From the NCBI RefSeq assembly GCF_009914755.1, contig NC_060935.1: DNA of 64,000 bases; one strand, written 5' to 3'. The notes beneath the pieces are model-generated. The model did no database searches, was not told the DNA's origin, and saw nothing but the letters and a program-made list of their open reading frames with translations. Positions within the stretch are counted from its first letter, which is position 1; each line of letters starts with the position of its first letter. A program made the position numbers and the translations under genes. This document shows, in pieces, positions 34,008 through 52,619 of this stretch. Source of the stretch: the human T2T-CHM13v2.0 reference genome, Homo sapiens.

Positions 34008-34938
34008 GTGATGGGTAATTTTATGTGTCAACTTATCTCTGTCAAAATATGCCTAGATAGTTGTTCAAACATTATTCTGGCTGTTCCTGTGAGGGTGTTT
34101 GTGGATGACATTAACATTTAAGTCGCTGGTCTTTGAGTAAAGCAGATTGCCCTTCATAATGTGGGTAGATTTTATTCAATCAGTTGAAGGTCTGAGTGAA
34201 ACAAAAGGCTGACCTTCCCCCCTCCATTTCCCTCATCCCTCCCCTCATGGAGCAAGAGGAATTTTCCAGAAGACTGCCTTCAAGCTTCATCTGCACCATC
34301 AGCTCTTCCGTATCTCCAGCCTGCTGGCCCACACTATAAATTTTGGACTTGCCAGCCAAAATTTACAGAGTACATGTACAGATACAGAGTAAATCAAAAC
34401 GACTGAGGCAAGTCTAAATCATTTTAAGATGTTTGTTTGCCAAGGTTAAGGACATGCCTGAGAAAGAACCCAGAACCACAGGGAAAATTGTGACCCATAC
34501 TTTTTCTGAAGAGGGTCTGGAGACCTCAGTATTCAAAGGCAAAAGCGCAGGTATGAGGAAAGAGGAAGAAATTTTTTAAAGGGTGTGACTAGATAAGAGG
34601 CAAGCAGTTGCATCCTCTTGAGTGTTTCATCAGCCATTCCCTGAATACACAATGTACGCATGACAGGGGGGTACAGGAATAGTTACTTATACATTTGTCT
34701 AGTCCAATAAATCTGCCTTTTCACATAAGATAAAATAAACATAGGGCAGAGGAAGCAATCAGATATGCATTTGTCTCAGGTGAGCAGAGAGATGACTGAG
34801 TTCTGTCCTTCGTCCCACACCTGTGAAGATAAGGTCCTAAGATTTATTTTCCTTTTACTAACATATATATTATACACACATATATGTATATATAAAATAT
34901 ATAGGGTCTGTTTCTCTGGAGAACTCTGAATAATATAC
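34008..34938 (+). mobile_element. MLT2-type 3' LTR interrupted by a second LTR
   Basis: TGTGATGGGTAATTTTATGTGTCAACTT start; TCTGTTTCTCTGGAGAACTCTGAATAATA end. Confidence 0.8.
34389..34858 (-). mobile_element. MER4-group solo LTR
   Basis: Reverse complement starts ...AAAAGGAAAATAAATCTTAGGACC and ends ...AGACTTGCCTCAGTCGTTTTGATTTAC. Confidence 0.65.
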
Positions 34939-35876
34939 TTTTACATAATCTCAATACCAGAACAGAAACCCATATATTCCCTATGAACATGAATTTTAAG
35001 GTAATCTGATTGAAGTAGCTTTAATTCACTTAAAACTACCTAAATAGATCAGAAAGAAAGAATGGGCACCAGGGGATAAAGTAGTTGCAGGGCAGATGAT
35101 GTTGGGTTTTAATCTCCAATACGGCCCCTTCGGTGGTTGCACACATCCTAGTCACTGGTGTGCGCAGGTGGCTCTACTCCGGCTGGAAAATAAAGCCCAG
35201 CTCCAAGCAGGCCCCAGAGAACCACTTCACATAAGAGCTATAGAAAACCAGGAGTCACTAGAGGGCCTGCTTGCCTGCTTTTTTGAACAAGGTCTAGAGC
35301 TGTGATCCAGATTGGTTACAAAGGTCAGCACTGGTTGCAGGAGCAGGCAGAGCAGAGAGAAACTGAGGTCCAAGTCACAAACAAGAGAGGATGAGGGAAG
35401 TAAGGCAAGATCAAAAGTTCCTATTTGGGATTCACAGTGGAGAACAAGAGCTGAGTCTACAGGCTGGAGCTGGCCTCAGAGAACCAACCATGGGACGGAG
35501 ACAAATATCAAGGAGAACCTTAAGGATCCTCAGAGCCAACAGCTCTCCTTTTGTTGTGTGTCCTGGGCCAAACAAATAGGCCTCTGCTTTTTACTTAACT
35601 AGAACCAACTAGAAAAATAAATATTAGTTGTCTCTAAAGGTTGCTATGAAACAAAAGCAAATACTCCCTGTTTAAATACATGAGGAGACCGCACCACCTA
35701 ACTGTGGCTGCCATTTCTCTATTCAGCCTGCTTTCTCTCTGACACACAATTCTTTCACTACTGCTTCAGAAGTACCAGGGTAAAGCAAACATTCTCCTAA
35801 CCTCTCAGTCACCCAGACTGTAATCATCTGTGGTAGATTTGACTTGAGTAATAATGTTGGCTCTCTCTTCTCACAG

Positions 35877-36020
35877 GCTGTGCAAATAATGATTGGCCTG
35901 ATTCACAGTGCACTGGGAACTCTCTGAATTCATTGGATTTTGCTAAGAGAGGATTCAAGTGGTTCTGGTCCTATCCCTATAATTGCTGTAGTAATTTACT
36001 CATTTTTGTCATTATTTTTT
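35877..36020 (+). pseudogene. MS4A TM1-loop-TM2a exon with premature TGA (35925-35927)
   Basis: ctctctcttctcacag|...|gtgagt, 144 nt: AVQIMIGLIHSALGTL*IHWILLREDSSGSGPIPIIAVVIYSFLSLFF; AxQIMIGLIH..LG is the MS4A TM1 hallmark. Confidence 0.93.
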
Positions 36021-37871
36021 GTGAGTAAACCATGGTATTATTGCTTTCAATTCATTTATTTTTTTCTATTGAATTCAGGTGTCTAGAAATGGGCTAAAGA
36101 CCCAATCTCTAACTTAAAGGAGCCCATTTTTGTGTGAATACAGACTTAGAAATGCCTTATGTTTGTTGTATATTTTAATAATTTTCTTGAGAGGTTGAGG
36201 TGCCTATATGGAAAATATATTAAAGGAGGATGCTTGAAGAATAATAAAGAGAGTGGCTATTTGGGTAACTACAAGGCTTATCTTTTGCAGAATGAAAAAT
36301 CCAAAGGCCTTAGCTTAATGTCTGGGGCTACAGAGGCAATTTTTAGAGAGCATGTATACAGAAAAAAAAAAAAAAGGAGACCTAGAGGCACAGGAGGAAT
36401 TTGGGGAAATTAAACAGAGATTTCTAAAGTAGATGTTCTGAATAAGGGTATTATAATAATTCCATGGTAGCAGTTGCCAAAACTCCCACCAAGGGCATGC
36501 CCAATTACAGAAGCAGAAAGTTTACCCAAGGTTAAATTTCTCCATAGAAGAGAGTTTTATTACCTCCTTACCCACAACTTTGTACTTTTCAACCAAAAAC
36601 AGGGCTTCAAGGGAGAGAAGATTTAGTATAACACATTCCCTTTTGCTTTGTGAAAAGGCCTCTGAGACATCCCTGTACAGTCATTTCACCCAGAGAAGGG
36701 CCTGGTGATCTCTGCTCTGGATAAAAGACATTATTTTCTCTAAGGCTTTCTTATAGTGGGAGTCCTCAAGTGGAAGACATTTACAAACACCGAGAACTTT
36801 CTGGAAAGAGTGTATGTAATAAAGACAAATCATTTAAACTGAAATAATACAATTAATCACTTATTGCAAATCATCTAGAAAGAATCCTCAGCCCAAGATA
36901 TGAAAGAGGAGCATATGACAGATATTTAGCCATAGATAATAATTACTCAATTTTATACCTATTATGTATCAGGCATCTCCAAAAGGCACTCCAAGTTCAT
37001 TTTACCTTAATTGCCACGACAACCCCATGAGATAGCTATCATTCATCTCCATTTGACAAACAGGGAAACTGAGGCTTGGAGAACTTAAGTGACTCTCACA
37101 GAGTGACACAGCAATGAAGTGTCAGAGGTAAAAACAAACAAACACAAGCTAAGATGATTCTGCCTTCATGACAGGATTTCATTTTCCTGGGCTGAAGGAT
37201 CCCCAGTCCCCTTCTTAGTATGTTTGAATCATCTTTTGTTATTGCCGCAGGCAGATTGAAGACAGGTATATGATTTACTGGAAAAAAATTAATTCTTGGT
37301 ATTCCAGAAACAACAATCCTTTCAATTAGTGCCAGAAGGTGATGATAGCACTTAGGGTATGATATTTGTGGAAGGCAACCTATAAATCTTCAGATGTAAT
37401 GTTTTCTGAAACTATTCCCACTGATGAAATTTTTTTTATAACATTATGGGAGAAACGTAGTTCTTGCAAGTGAGAGCCACCACACTAGCCACTAGGAAAT
37501 ATTTTCTAATAATTCATTTCAAGGGATCAATAAATGACAATTAAAACAAGTGAAGTGCCTACAACTTGTCCTCATAAAATCATTGTGAGCTCCCTAAGTC
37601 CCATCACCTATGCAAAGGTCTCATTAATGACCGGAGACTTTAAAACATTTTTCATCCCTATAACAGAGAAATAGTGAATCCATGCTTTAGAAATTGTACT
37701 AGCGGTCACTACAGACTTCGAATGGGGTTTTTCATGTTAAAATCACTTTCTTCAGAAATGCATTCAGTGCCACTTTGGATATTAGGAATGCCACTGGCTC
37801 TAGGGAAAGAAGCTATTGAGGGGATTATCATAAGGCATTGTGTGTTTATAAATGCTTATTTCTATCCCCAG

Positions 37872-37925
37872 TTCATCAACTCAGGATCCAGTAGTGTAAT
37901 ACAGAAGCCTGTTACGAGATATAAG
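37872..37925 (+). pseudogene. MS4A short TM2b/intracellular-loop exon
   Basis: tttctatccccag|...|gtatgt, 54 nt: FINSGSSSVIQKPVTRYK (MS4A FIxSGS motif). Confidence 0.92.
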
Positions 37926-38224
37926 GTATGTCAGAATATTCGGAGCAACTCTAAAGATTAAAATGTTACTTGGTGCAAACAAACAAAAAAAGAAATTATT
38001 GCTGGGCCAACATTTTTGGGGAAAAAAAACTTTTCCAAATGTTTAAATGAAAAAAAATTATTTAATTTTTGTAAAGATATCCTCCAGTGCATCCTCTGTG
38101 CATGAATGTTGGAGGAGGATACAGTGTGAGCAATAATATTGTATACAGAGACAGACGTGAGAGTTTCCATGAAATAAATCATTTCAAGCTATCTCAACGA
38201 GCATATATAACCAAATAAAACTTA

Positions 38225-38501
38225 AGACAAGGCCTTACTCTGTCACCCAGGCTGGTGTGCAGTGGGTGATCACAGCTCAATGCAACCTGGAGCTCCTGGG
38301 CTCAAGTGATCCTCCAGCCTCTGCCTCCCAAATAGCTGGGACTGCAGGTGTGTGCCACCACACCTGGTTTTTTCATTTTTTGCAGAGATAAGGGTCTTGC
38401 TATGTTTCCCAGGCTGGTTTTGGACTCCTGGCCTCAAGGCATACTCCTGCCTTGGTCTCCGAAAGTGCAGGGATTATAGACATGAGCCACTAAACCTAGC
38501 C
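38225..38501 (-). mobile_element. AluJ-type
   Basis: Diverged reverse Alu. Confidence 0.9.
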
Positions 38502-38759
38502 ACCAAACAAAACTTCGACCCTGAGAATCAAAGCATTGGGAAGCGAAGAAATGTAATTAGGATAAGATTAGAAAATTAGTGTCTAGTTAAGGAGAATGGA
38601 TAAGACAAAATAATGTGTGAAAAGAGAATTGCCTTCAGCAAAACCAGGTCAGGAAATATCAATTAGAACACAAACCAGATATCATGACAACACATCTAAC
38701 GAAGGATGGTCCTTTTTCTTTTAGAACTTCCCTCCTGTCTCTCACAGCCCCCCTTGTGA

Positions 38760-38960
38760 TTAGGATCACAGCTCTGGAGGCAGATAGCCTGAATTTTCCA
38801 ATTCTGACTGCCTTACTAGTGCCTGTGTAACCCTGAGCAAATTACTTTACTCTGTGCCTCACTCTCCTCATTTAAAAAATAAAATGTGGTTAATAATAGT
38901 AACTGCCTCAAAGGGTTGCTGTGAGGATTAAATTAGTATGTAAGCATAAAGAACAGTACC
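38760..38960 (+). mobile_element. MIR fragment
   Basis: MIR core-like CTGTGTAACCCTGAGCAAATTACTT...GTTGCTGTGAGGATTAAAT; strand by eye. Confidence 0.7.
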
Positions 38961-38963
38961 TGG

Positions 38964-39393
<430 letters not shown>

Positions 39394-40035
39394 TCAGATA
39401 AAGGGGTCCTCCTATTTTTTCTTTCAGTAGAATAGGGTCAGAGTGGTATGAGAGGCCATTTTTCTCAGCCCCAGATTGGAAGCTATAATTATGGGCATTA
39501 AGCTATTACACTTTTTTTAACTTCTATTCCCAAGGTAGCCACTGTTAATATCATTTTTCATTCTAGGCCTTTTTCTAAGCTTTTTTTTTTTTTTTTTTTT
39601 TGTAATTTGTTTGCAAGCAGAGTGAACATGTGACTTAGAAGTCACCTGGTGTTGCTTTTCCACGGAAAACCTTACATCCACAGAGATATAAGTACAGATG
39701 ACATGAAAGCCCATAAAGCCCCCATGTGATTTGGTAAACTCCCAGAACTAGCATTCTCATAGTTTAGTTTCTGTATTGGTGCATACTGTCCCAAATTTTC
39801 TCCACAACACCCAAAGAAACAGTTGTGAATAAACTCAGCCCCTTGACTGATTTTCACAAAAACTCACAAAAAGTTTTGGGTTTTTTTACTCGAGGATTGG
39901 TGGGGGAAGATTATGATTGTAATTTCCAAGTTCCAGTCACAACCTAGATCCCTTTGTAACTCTCTCCCTAATCCCCATCACTCCGTCTTCTGCCCTTCTT
40001 TTTCCATCTCCCCACTCCACCTCAATCAATCAATC

Positions 40036-40046
40036 TATACATATAC

Positions 40047-40091
<45 letters not shown>

Positions 40092-40099
40092 TATATATA
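40036..40099. repeat. Compound (TA)/(TG)n microsatellite
   Basis: Directly visible. Confidence 0.9.
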
Positions 40100-40584
40100 A
40101 TTTGCTGCATGTCAGGCATGTTCTATGTATGTAGGATGCATCAGTGAACAAACAGATGAAAATTTATTACCCTTAGGGAGCTTACATTCTAATAGCAGGA
40201 TAAAAGCAATAACAATAAACAGGACAAACAGGGAAATAATATAATATGTTAGAAGGTGATAGGTGTGATGAAAAAAAGAAAACGTAATAAGGGCTGCCAT
40301 AGTTTCGTCTTGAACATTTGGACGGATTCAGTTGAGAATCTTAGACATGAAGATATTTAAAGCCAGGAGACTTGTTGAGATCTCCAGTGGAAAGAACACA
40401 ACAAAGACGAAAAGAGAAACAAGAACTGAGCCCTAGGGCACTCCAACATGAAAAATAGAAAAAAGGGGAGAAAATAATAATTTTTTTACTTGAAAAGTTT
40501 CTTGGTTTAATCATGTTCTAAAGAGTAAAATATTATATCTTATTCGTGTGCATGTTTTCAAGTTAAAGCAGAAAATAAATGTAG

Positions 40585-40945
<361 letters not shown>

Positions 40946-41444
40946 TAATTTTTAAATTGTTTTTTCAAACAATATACATTAAGTGACTTCCTTTTGGGGT
41001 GCAGATATTTGAGTTCAGGAACTTTTTTCTGAAAACATATATATTTATTTTCATGTAAACCTGGGAAAATCTTTAGCTGTCTATGTAAGTATTATCTTAA
41101 TTGATTCTTTTCTTAAGCATACAACTCAATAGTTTTTAGTATATTCACTGATATGTGCAATTATTAACACAGTCCATTCAAAAACATTTTCATCACCTCA
41201 AAAAGCAACTCTGTACCCCTTGGCTATCACTCCCATCCCCAACTTCCCATTCTCCCCAACCTTAGGCAGCCACTAATCTACATAGGGTCTCCATATATTT
41301 TCCTACTCCAGACATTTCATTAAAAATGAATCACATCATATGTAATTTCTTGTTAACTGGCTTATTTCACTCAATATATTGTGGTAAAAGTTCACTCATG
41401 TTGTAGCATATATCAGTACTTTATTCTTTTTATGACTAAACATT

Positions 41445-42753
41445 TCTATACACCATAACATTCAAGCTGAGAGTCAAATCAAGAATGCAATTGCATTTAC
41501 AATAGCCACAAAAGTAATAAAATACCTAGAAATACATCTAACCAAGGAGGTGAAAGATCTCTACAAGGAAAACTAGTTAATACAAAATATTGCTTAAAGA
41601 AATCATATATGACACAAACAAATGGAAAAACATTTTATACTCATGGATTAGAAGAATCAAAATCATTAAAATGGCCATACTGCGCAAAGCAAGCTACAGA
41701 TTCAATGCTATTTCTATCAAACCACCAATTATCATTTTTAGCACAATTAGAAAAAGTATTTCTAAAATTCATATGGAATCAAAAAAGAACCCAAATAGCA
41801 AAAGCAATCTTAATCAAAAGGAATAAAGCCAGAAGCATCCACATTACCTGACTTCAAAGTATACTACAAGGGTATAGTAACTAACCAGTACCATGCTGGT
41901 ACTGGTGCAAAAACAGGCACATAGATCAGTGGAACCAAATAGAGAATTTGGAAATACATCTGCACACCCAAAACCAACTTATATTCAACAAAGTCAACAA
42001 AAATAAGCAATTGGGTAAGGATTCCCCATTCAGTAATGGTGCTGGGATAAGTGGCCATCCATATACAGAATAATAAAACCGAACCCTCAAAAGCAATTGC
42101 AACAAAAACAAAAATTGACAAATGGGACCTAATTAAACTAAAGACTTTCTGCACAGCAAAAAAAAGAAACTATTAAACTAAACAGACAACCTGCAGAATG
42201 GGAGAAAATATTTGCAAACTATACGTCCTACAAAGGACAAATACTCAGAATCTATAAGTAACTTAAACAATTCAACAAGCAAAAAACAAATAACCAAATT
42301 AAAAAGTGGGCAAATGACATGAACAGTCACTTCTTAAAAAGAAGACATACAAGCAGCCAACAAACATGAAAAATGCTTAATATCACTAATTGTCAGGAAA
42401 ATGTAAACCAAAACCAAATGAGATAACATCTCATACCAGTCAGAATGGCTATTACTAAAAAGTCAAAAAATAGATATTGGTGAGAATGCGGACAAAAGGA
42501 ACACTTATACACTGCTGGTGGAAAAGTAAATTAGCTCAGTCCCTATGGAAAGCATCTGGAAATTTCTAAAGAACTAAAAATAAAACTACCACTTGACCCA
42601 GCAATCCCATTACTGCATATACACCCAAAGGAAAATAAATCATTTTACCAAAAAGACATGCATTTACATGTTCATCACAGCACTATTCACAATAGCAAAG
42701 ACATGGGATAAATCCAGGTGCCCATCAATGGTGAATTGGGTAAAGAAAATGTG

Positions 42754-42826
<73 letters not shown>

Positions 42827-43185
42827 TACCATGGAATACTACACAGCCATAAAAAAGAGTGAAATCATGTCCTTTGCAGCAATATGGATGCAGCTGGAGG
42901 CCATTGTCCTAGGTGAATTAATGCAGAAACAGAAAACCAAATGCCAGTGGGGTTATAATAAGTGGGAGCAAAACGTTGGGTACATATGCACATAAAGATA
43001 AGAAAATAGACATTGATGAATGCTACTGGGGGAAGGCAGGAGGGAAGAAAGTTTTAAAAACTACCTCTTGGGTACTAACTGGGTGATGGGATCAATCATA
43101 CCCCAAACCTCAGCATTATAAAATACACCCAAATAACAAAACTGTACATATGCCCCCTGAATCTAAAATGAAAGTTGAATTTTTT
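41445..43185 (+). mobile_element. L1PA (old) 3' portion inserted in an older minus-strand L1
   Basis: ORF2 remnants 41590-41851, L1 3' UTR. Confidence 0.85.
42754..42823. repeat. (TA)n microsatellite
   Basis: About 70 bp TA run inside the L1 3' region. Confidence 0.95.
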
Positions 43186-43929
43186 TTAAAGAACGTGAAT
43201 AGATATTGTTTTATTTCTATAGTTTATTCAGAAATAAATCTGCACACCCACAACCAACTGGTATTCAACAAAGTCAACAAAAATAAGCAATGGGGTAAGG
43301 AGTCCCTATTCAATAATGGTGCTGGGATCATTGGCCATCCATACACAGAATAATAAAACTGGACCCTCTGAATGCCTTTTGGGTTTTCTTTACTGCCGAA
43401 CTGCCCTGGTTAGAATTTCTAATACAAGGTTGAATAGATATAATGAGAGTATATCTCACCGTCTTATTCCTCATGAAAGCATTGAGTCTTTCACCAATAG
43501 GTGTGTTAGGTGTGGATTTTTATTAGATGCTCCTTATCAGGTTGAGAAAGATCCCATCTATTTTGAGTATTTTGAGTGTTTTTATCATAAAACAGTGAAG
43601 AATTTTCACCAAATGCTTTGTCTACATCAATTGAGATGATCATATGTGTGTTTTTCTATTTTACTGATATGGCATATGACATTAATTGTATAAGATAAAA
43701 CCAGCCTTGCATTTGTGGAATAAATCACACTTGCTTACAGTGTACAAGCATACCTCGTTTTATTGTGCTTTGCTATATTGCACCTCACAGATAATGAGGT
43801 TTTTTACAAAGTGAAGGTTTATAATAACACTGCATCAAGCAAAGCTGTTTCTTCAACATCACGTGCTCACTTCATGTCTCCGTGTCACCTTTTAGTAATT
43901 CTCACAATATTTCAAACTTTTTTATGATT

Positions 43930-44451
43930 ATTATATTTGTCATAGTGATCTGTGATCAGTGACCTTTATGATTATTATATTTGTCATAGTGATCTGTGAT
44001 TGGTGACCTTCGATATTAACATTGTTATTGTTTTGGCATACCATAAACTGTGTCTATATAAGACAACAAATTTAATTGATAAATATGTGCGTTCTGACTG
44101 CTCTACCAACCACACTTACCCTTGTCTCTCTCCATCTCCTTGGGCTTCTCTATTTTCTAATATACAACAACATTGAAATTAGGCCAATTAATTATATTTG
44201 TCATAGTGATCTGTGATCAGTGACCTTTATGATTATTATATTTGTCATAGTGATCTGTGATCGGTGACCTTTGATATTAACATTGTTATTGTTTTGGCAT
44301 ACCATAAACTGTGTCTATATAAGATAACAAATTTAATTGATAAATATGTGTGTTCTGACTGCTCTACCAACCATCCTTACCCCTGTCTCTCTCCATCTCC
44401 TTGGGCTTCTCTATTTTCTGAGATACAACAACATTGAAATTAGGCCAATTA
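43930..44451. repeat. 261-bp tandem duplication containing a nested 44-bp duplication
   Basis: Copies 43930-44190 and 44191-44451; ATTATATTTGTCATAGTGATCTGTGAT occurs four times. Confidence 0.92.
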
Positions 44452-46260
44452 ATAACCATACAATGGCCTCTAAATTTTAAGTGAAAAGAAGAGCCACACA
44501 TCTCTCTCTTAAGTCAAAAGTTATAAATGATTAAGCTTATGAGGAAGGCATATAGAAAGGTGAGATAGGCCAAAGTTAATCCTCTTGCACCCAACCATTA
44601 ACATAGGTGTGAATGTAAAGGAAAAATTCTTGAAGGAAATTAAAAGTGCTGCTTGAGTTAACACACAAGTGATAAGAAAACAAAACAAGCTTGTTGCTGA
44701 TGTGGAGAAAGTTTTAGTTGTCTGGACAGATCAAACCAACTACAGCATTTCCTTAAGCCAAAGCCTAATCCCTAGCAAGGCCCTAATTGGCTCTTTTCAA
44801 TTCTGTGAAGACCGAGAGAGATGAAGAAGCTTCAGAAGAAGAGTTTGAAGCTAGCAAGGTTGATTCATGAGGTTTAAGGAAAGAAGTTGTCTCCATAACA
44901 TAAAAATACAAGGTGAAACAGCAAGTGATAATGTAGGAGCTGCAGCAAGTTATCCAGAAGATCTAGCTAAAATAATTGATGAAGGTGGCTGTATTAAACA
45001 ACAGATTTTCAATGTAGATAAAACAGCCTTATATTGGAAGAAGACGTCTTATAGGACTTTCCCAGCTAGAGACAATGCTTGGGCTCAGAGCTTCAAAGGA
45101 CAGGCTGACTCTCTTGTTAGAGGCTAATGCAGCTGATGACTGTAAGTTGAAGCTAATGCTCATTTACTATACTGAAAATTCTAGGGCCCTTAAGAATTAA
45201 TCTACTCTGCTTATGGTCTGTAAATGGCATAAGAAAGCATGGATAACAGCACATCTGTTTACAGCATGATTTACAGAATATTTTAAATTCAATATTAAGA
45301 ACTACTACTCAGGAAAAAAAGCTTCCTTTTAAAATATTACTGCTCATTGACAGTGCACCTGGTCACATGTGTTTTCATGTCTGTTAACATAACATCCAAT
45401 TTGCAGTGATGAATCAAGGAGTAATTTGTACTTTCAAGTCTTGTTATTTAAGAAATACATTTTGTAAGACTACAGCTGTCATAGCTAGTGATTCCTCTGA
45501 TAGATCTCGGCAAAGTAAATTGAAGAGCTTCTGGAAGATTCACCATTCTAGATGACATTAAGAGCATTAATGACATACAGGAGGAGGTCAAGATAGCAAC
45601 ATTAGCAGGACTTTGGAAAAAGTTGATACTACCTCTCATGAATAACTTTGAGGGGTTCAAGACCTCGGCGGAGGAAATCACTGCAGATGGGATGGAAATA
45701 GCAAGAAGGGAAGCCTGAAGATGTGACTGAATTGCTGTAATCTCCTGATAAAACTTTAATGGATAAGGAGTTGCTTCTTATGGATGAGTAAAGAAAGTGC
45801 TTTCTTCAGGTGGATTCTACTCCAGTGAAGATGCTATGAACATTGCTGAAATGACAATGAAGAATTCAGAATATTACATAAGCTTAGTTGATAAAGCACT
45901 GTCAAGGTTGGAGAGGATTGACTCCAATTTTGGAAGAAGTTGTATGGTGGATAAAATGCTATCAAAAAACATTGCATACAACAGAGGAAACTTTTGGGAA
46001 AAGAAGAGTTGATGGGTGCAGCAAACTTCATGTTATCTAATCTTAAGAAATTGCCACAGGGACCCCAACCTTCAGTAAACACCACCCTAATCAGTCAGCA
46101 GCCAACAACATCAAGGCAAGACCCTCCACCAGCAAAAACATTACAGCTCACTGAGGCTTAGGTGATCATTAGCTTTTTTTAGCAATAAAATATTCTTAAA
46201 TTAAGTACATTTTTAGACATAAAGCTATTGCACACTTGCACACTTAATAGACGACAATAA

Positions 46261-46574
<314 letters not shown>

Positions 46575-46689
46575 AGCATAACTTTTATATGCATTGGGAA
46601 ACTAAAAAATTCATCTGTTACGTTATTAAAGTATTCATTTTATTGCAGTGGCCTGAATCTGAACCTGCAATATCTCCAAAGTATGCCTG

Positions 46690-51600
<4,911 letters not shown>

Positions 51601-52284
51601 AAAAATAATAATGCTGTACACTTAATTCTATAAATAATTTATTAGAATTTTTAGGAACATAGATACCTTCTTAAGTGATCCTGGTTCATAAGCCTCTCTA
51701 TCCTCATTAATGGACATAGGATAAGTGTGCAGAGGCATTCTAAGCATACCACAATCTGACTTTGTACTAAGGATGAATCTTTTTAGTTGACAACTCCAGC
51801 AGCATAGTTCTACATATTCACAAAGCTAAAATTGAAAATCCTAATCACAATATACTAGATTATTCCTCCTTTAGTATGCCATGTATTAAATGTATTATTT
51901 ATACATGACTAATACATATATGTATTAATACATGACATGTATTAAATGTATTAAATGTATTAAATTTTATTAAATGAAATTGTGCTTGTAATTATATCTC
52001 CCCCATTAGATTAAAAGCTCCTTGAGTAGAAACCTGAGGTTTAGTACATTGTAGGCATTGTATAATTAATGAATAAATAAATATTCCCTCTGAAAAAAAA
52101 ATTATCCTACTAGCTTCTAGACAAATTTGAGGTGGACTCCTGATATCAACCTCTGTGACAATCAAAGAAAGTCAGATTTTTAAAACTTTAACTTGAATGT
52201 TCTAGCCAGTAGGACAGACTGATTGCTTCAGCAACATCTGTTTATGCTGTCCATAACCAATTTTTCTTTGTATGTCTATTACAC

Positions 52285-52404
52285 CTTACTTTAGCAATTG
52301 TAATGAACAGCATAACTATTTGTGTGACTACACTTGGTATAATTCTATTAAGCATGGAGATTGCAACTTTTGCATTAAATGCAACCACATACAATTGGTC
52401 AAAC
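52285..52404 (+). pseudogene. MS4A TM3/extracellular loop 2 exon with mutated acceptor (AC instead of AG)
   Basis: tttttctttgtatgtctattacAC|...|gtaagt, 120 nt open: LTLAIVMNSITICVTTLGIILLSMEIATFALNATTYNWSN. Confidence 0.92.
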
Positions 52405-52619
52405 GTAAGTACCAATTTTAATAATAATTAGATCAAAATTTTAATATAAATGAAAAATTATGGTGAATGATGTATGTTGAAGTGAGTAAGGCATAGAAAA
52501 GGCCACCAAATGTGTCAATTATCTTTGGCATAGAAATGTAAAGATAAACTGTATTTTCTCTATATTCTTGCTATAAGCACATTGAAAAATAAGTTTTTCT
52601 CAAAAATCGTGATGCACTA

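Noticed and set aside
35925-35930. TGA as selenocysteine or programmed readthrough
   Set aside because: No readthrough context, no SECIS recognised, and an independent splice lesion supports pseudogenisation
37674-37961. 95-aa ORF
   Set aside because: Only 37872-37925 is a real exon; the rest is intronic open frame
43922-44280. Four spaced copies of a about 40-bp motif resembling a CRISPR-like array
   Set aside because: Eukaryotic DNA; fully explained by nested tandem duplication in Tigger1, with no unique spacers
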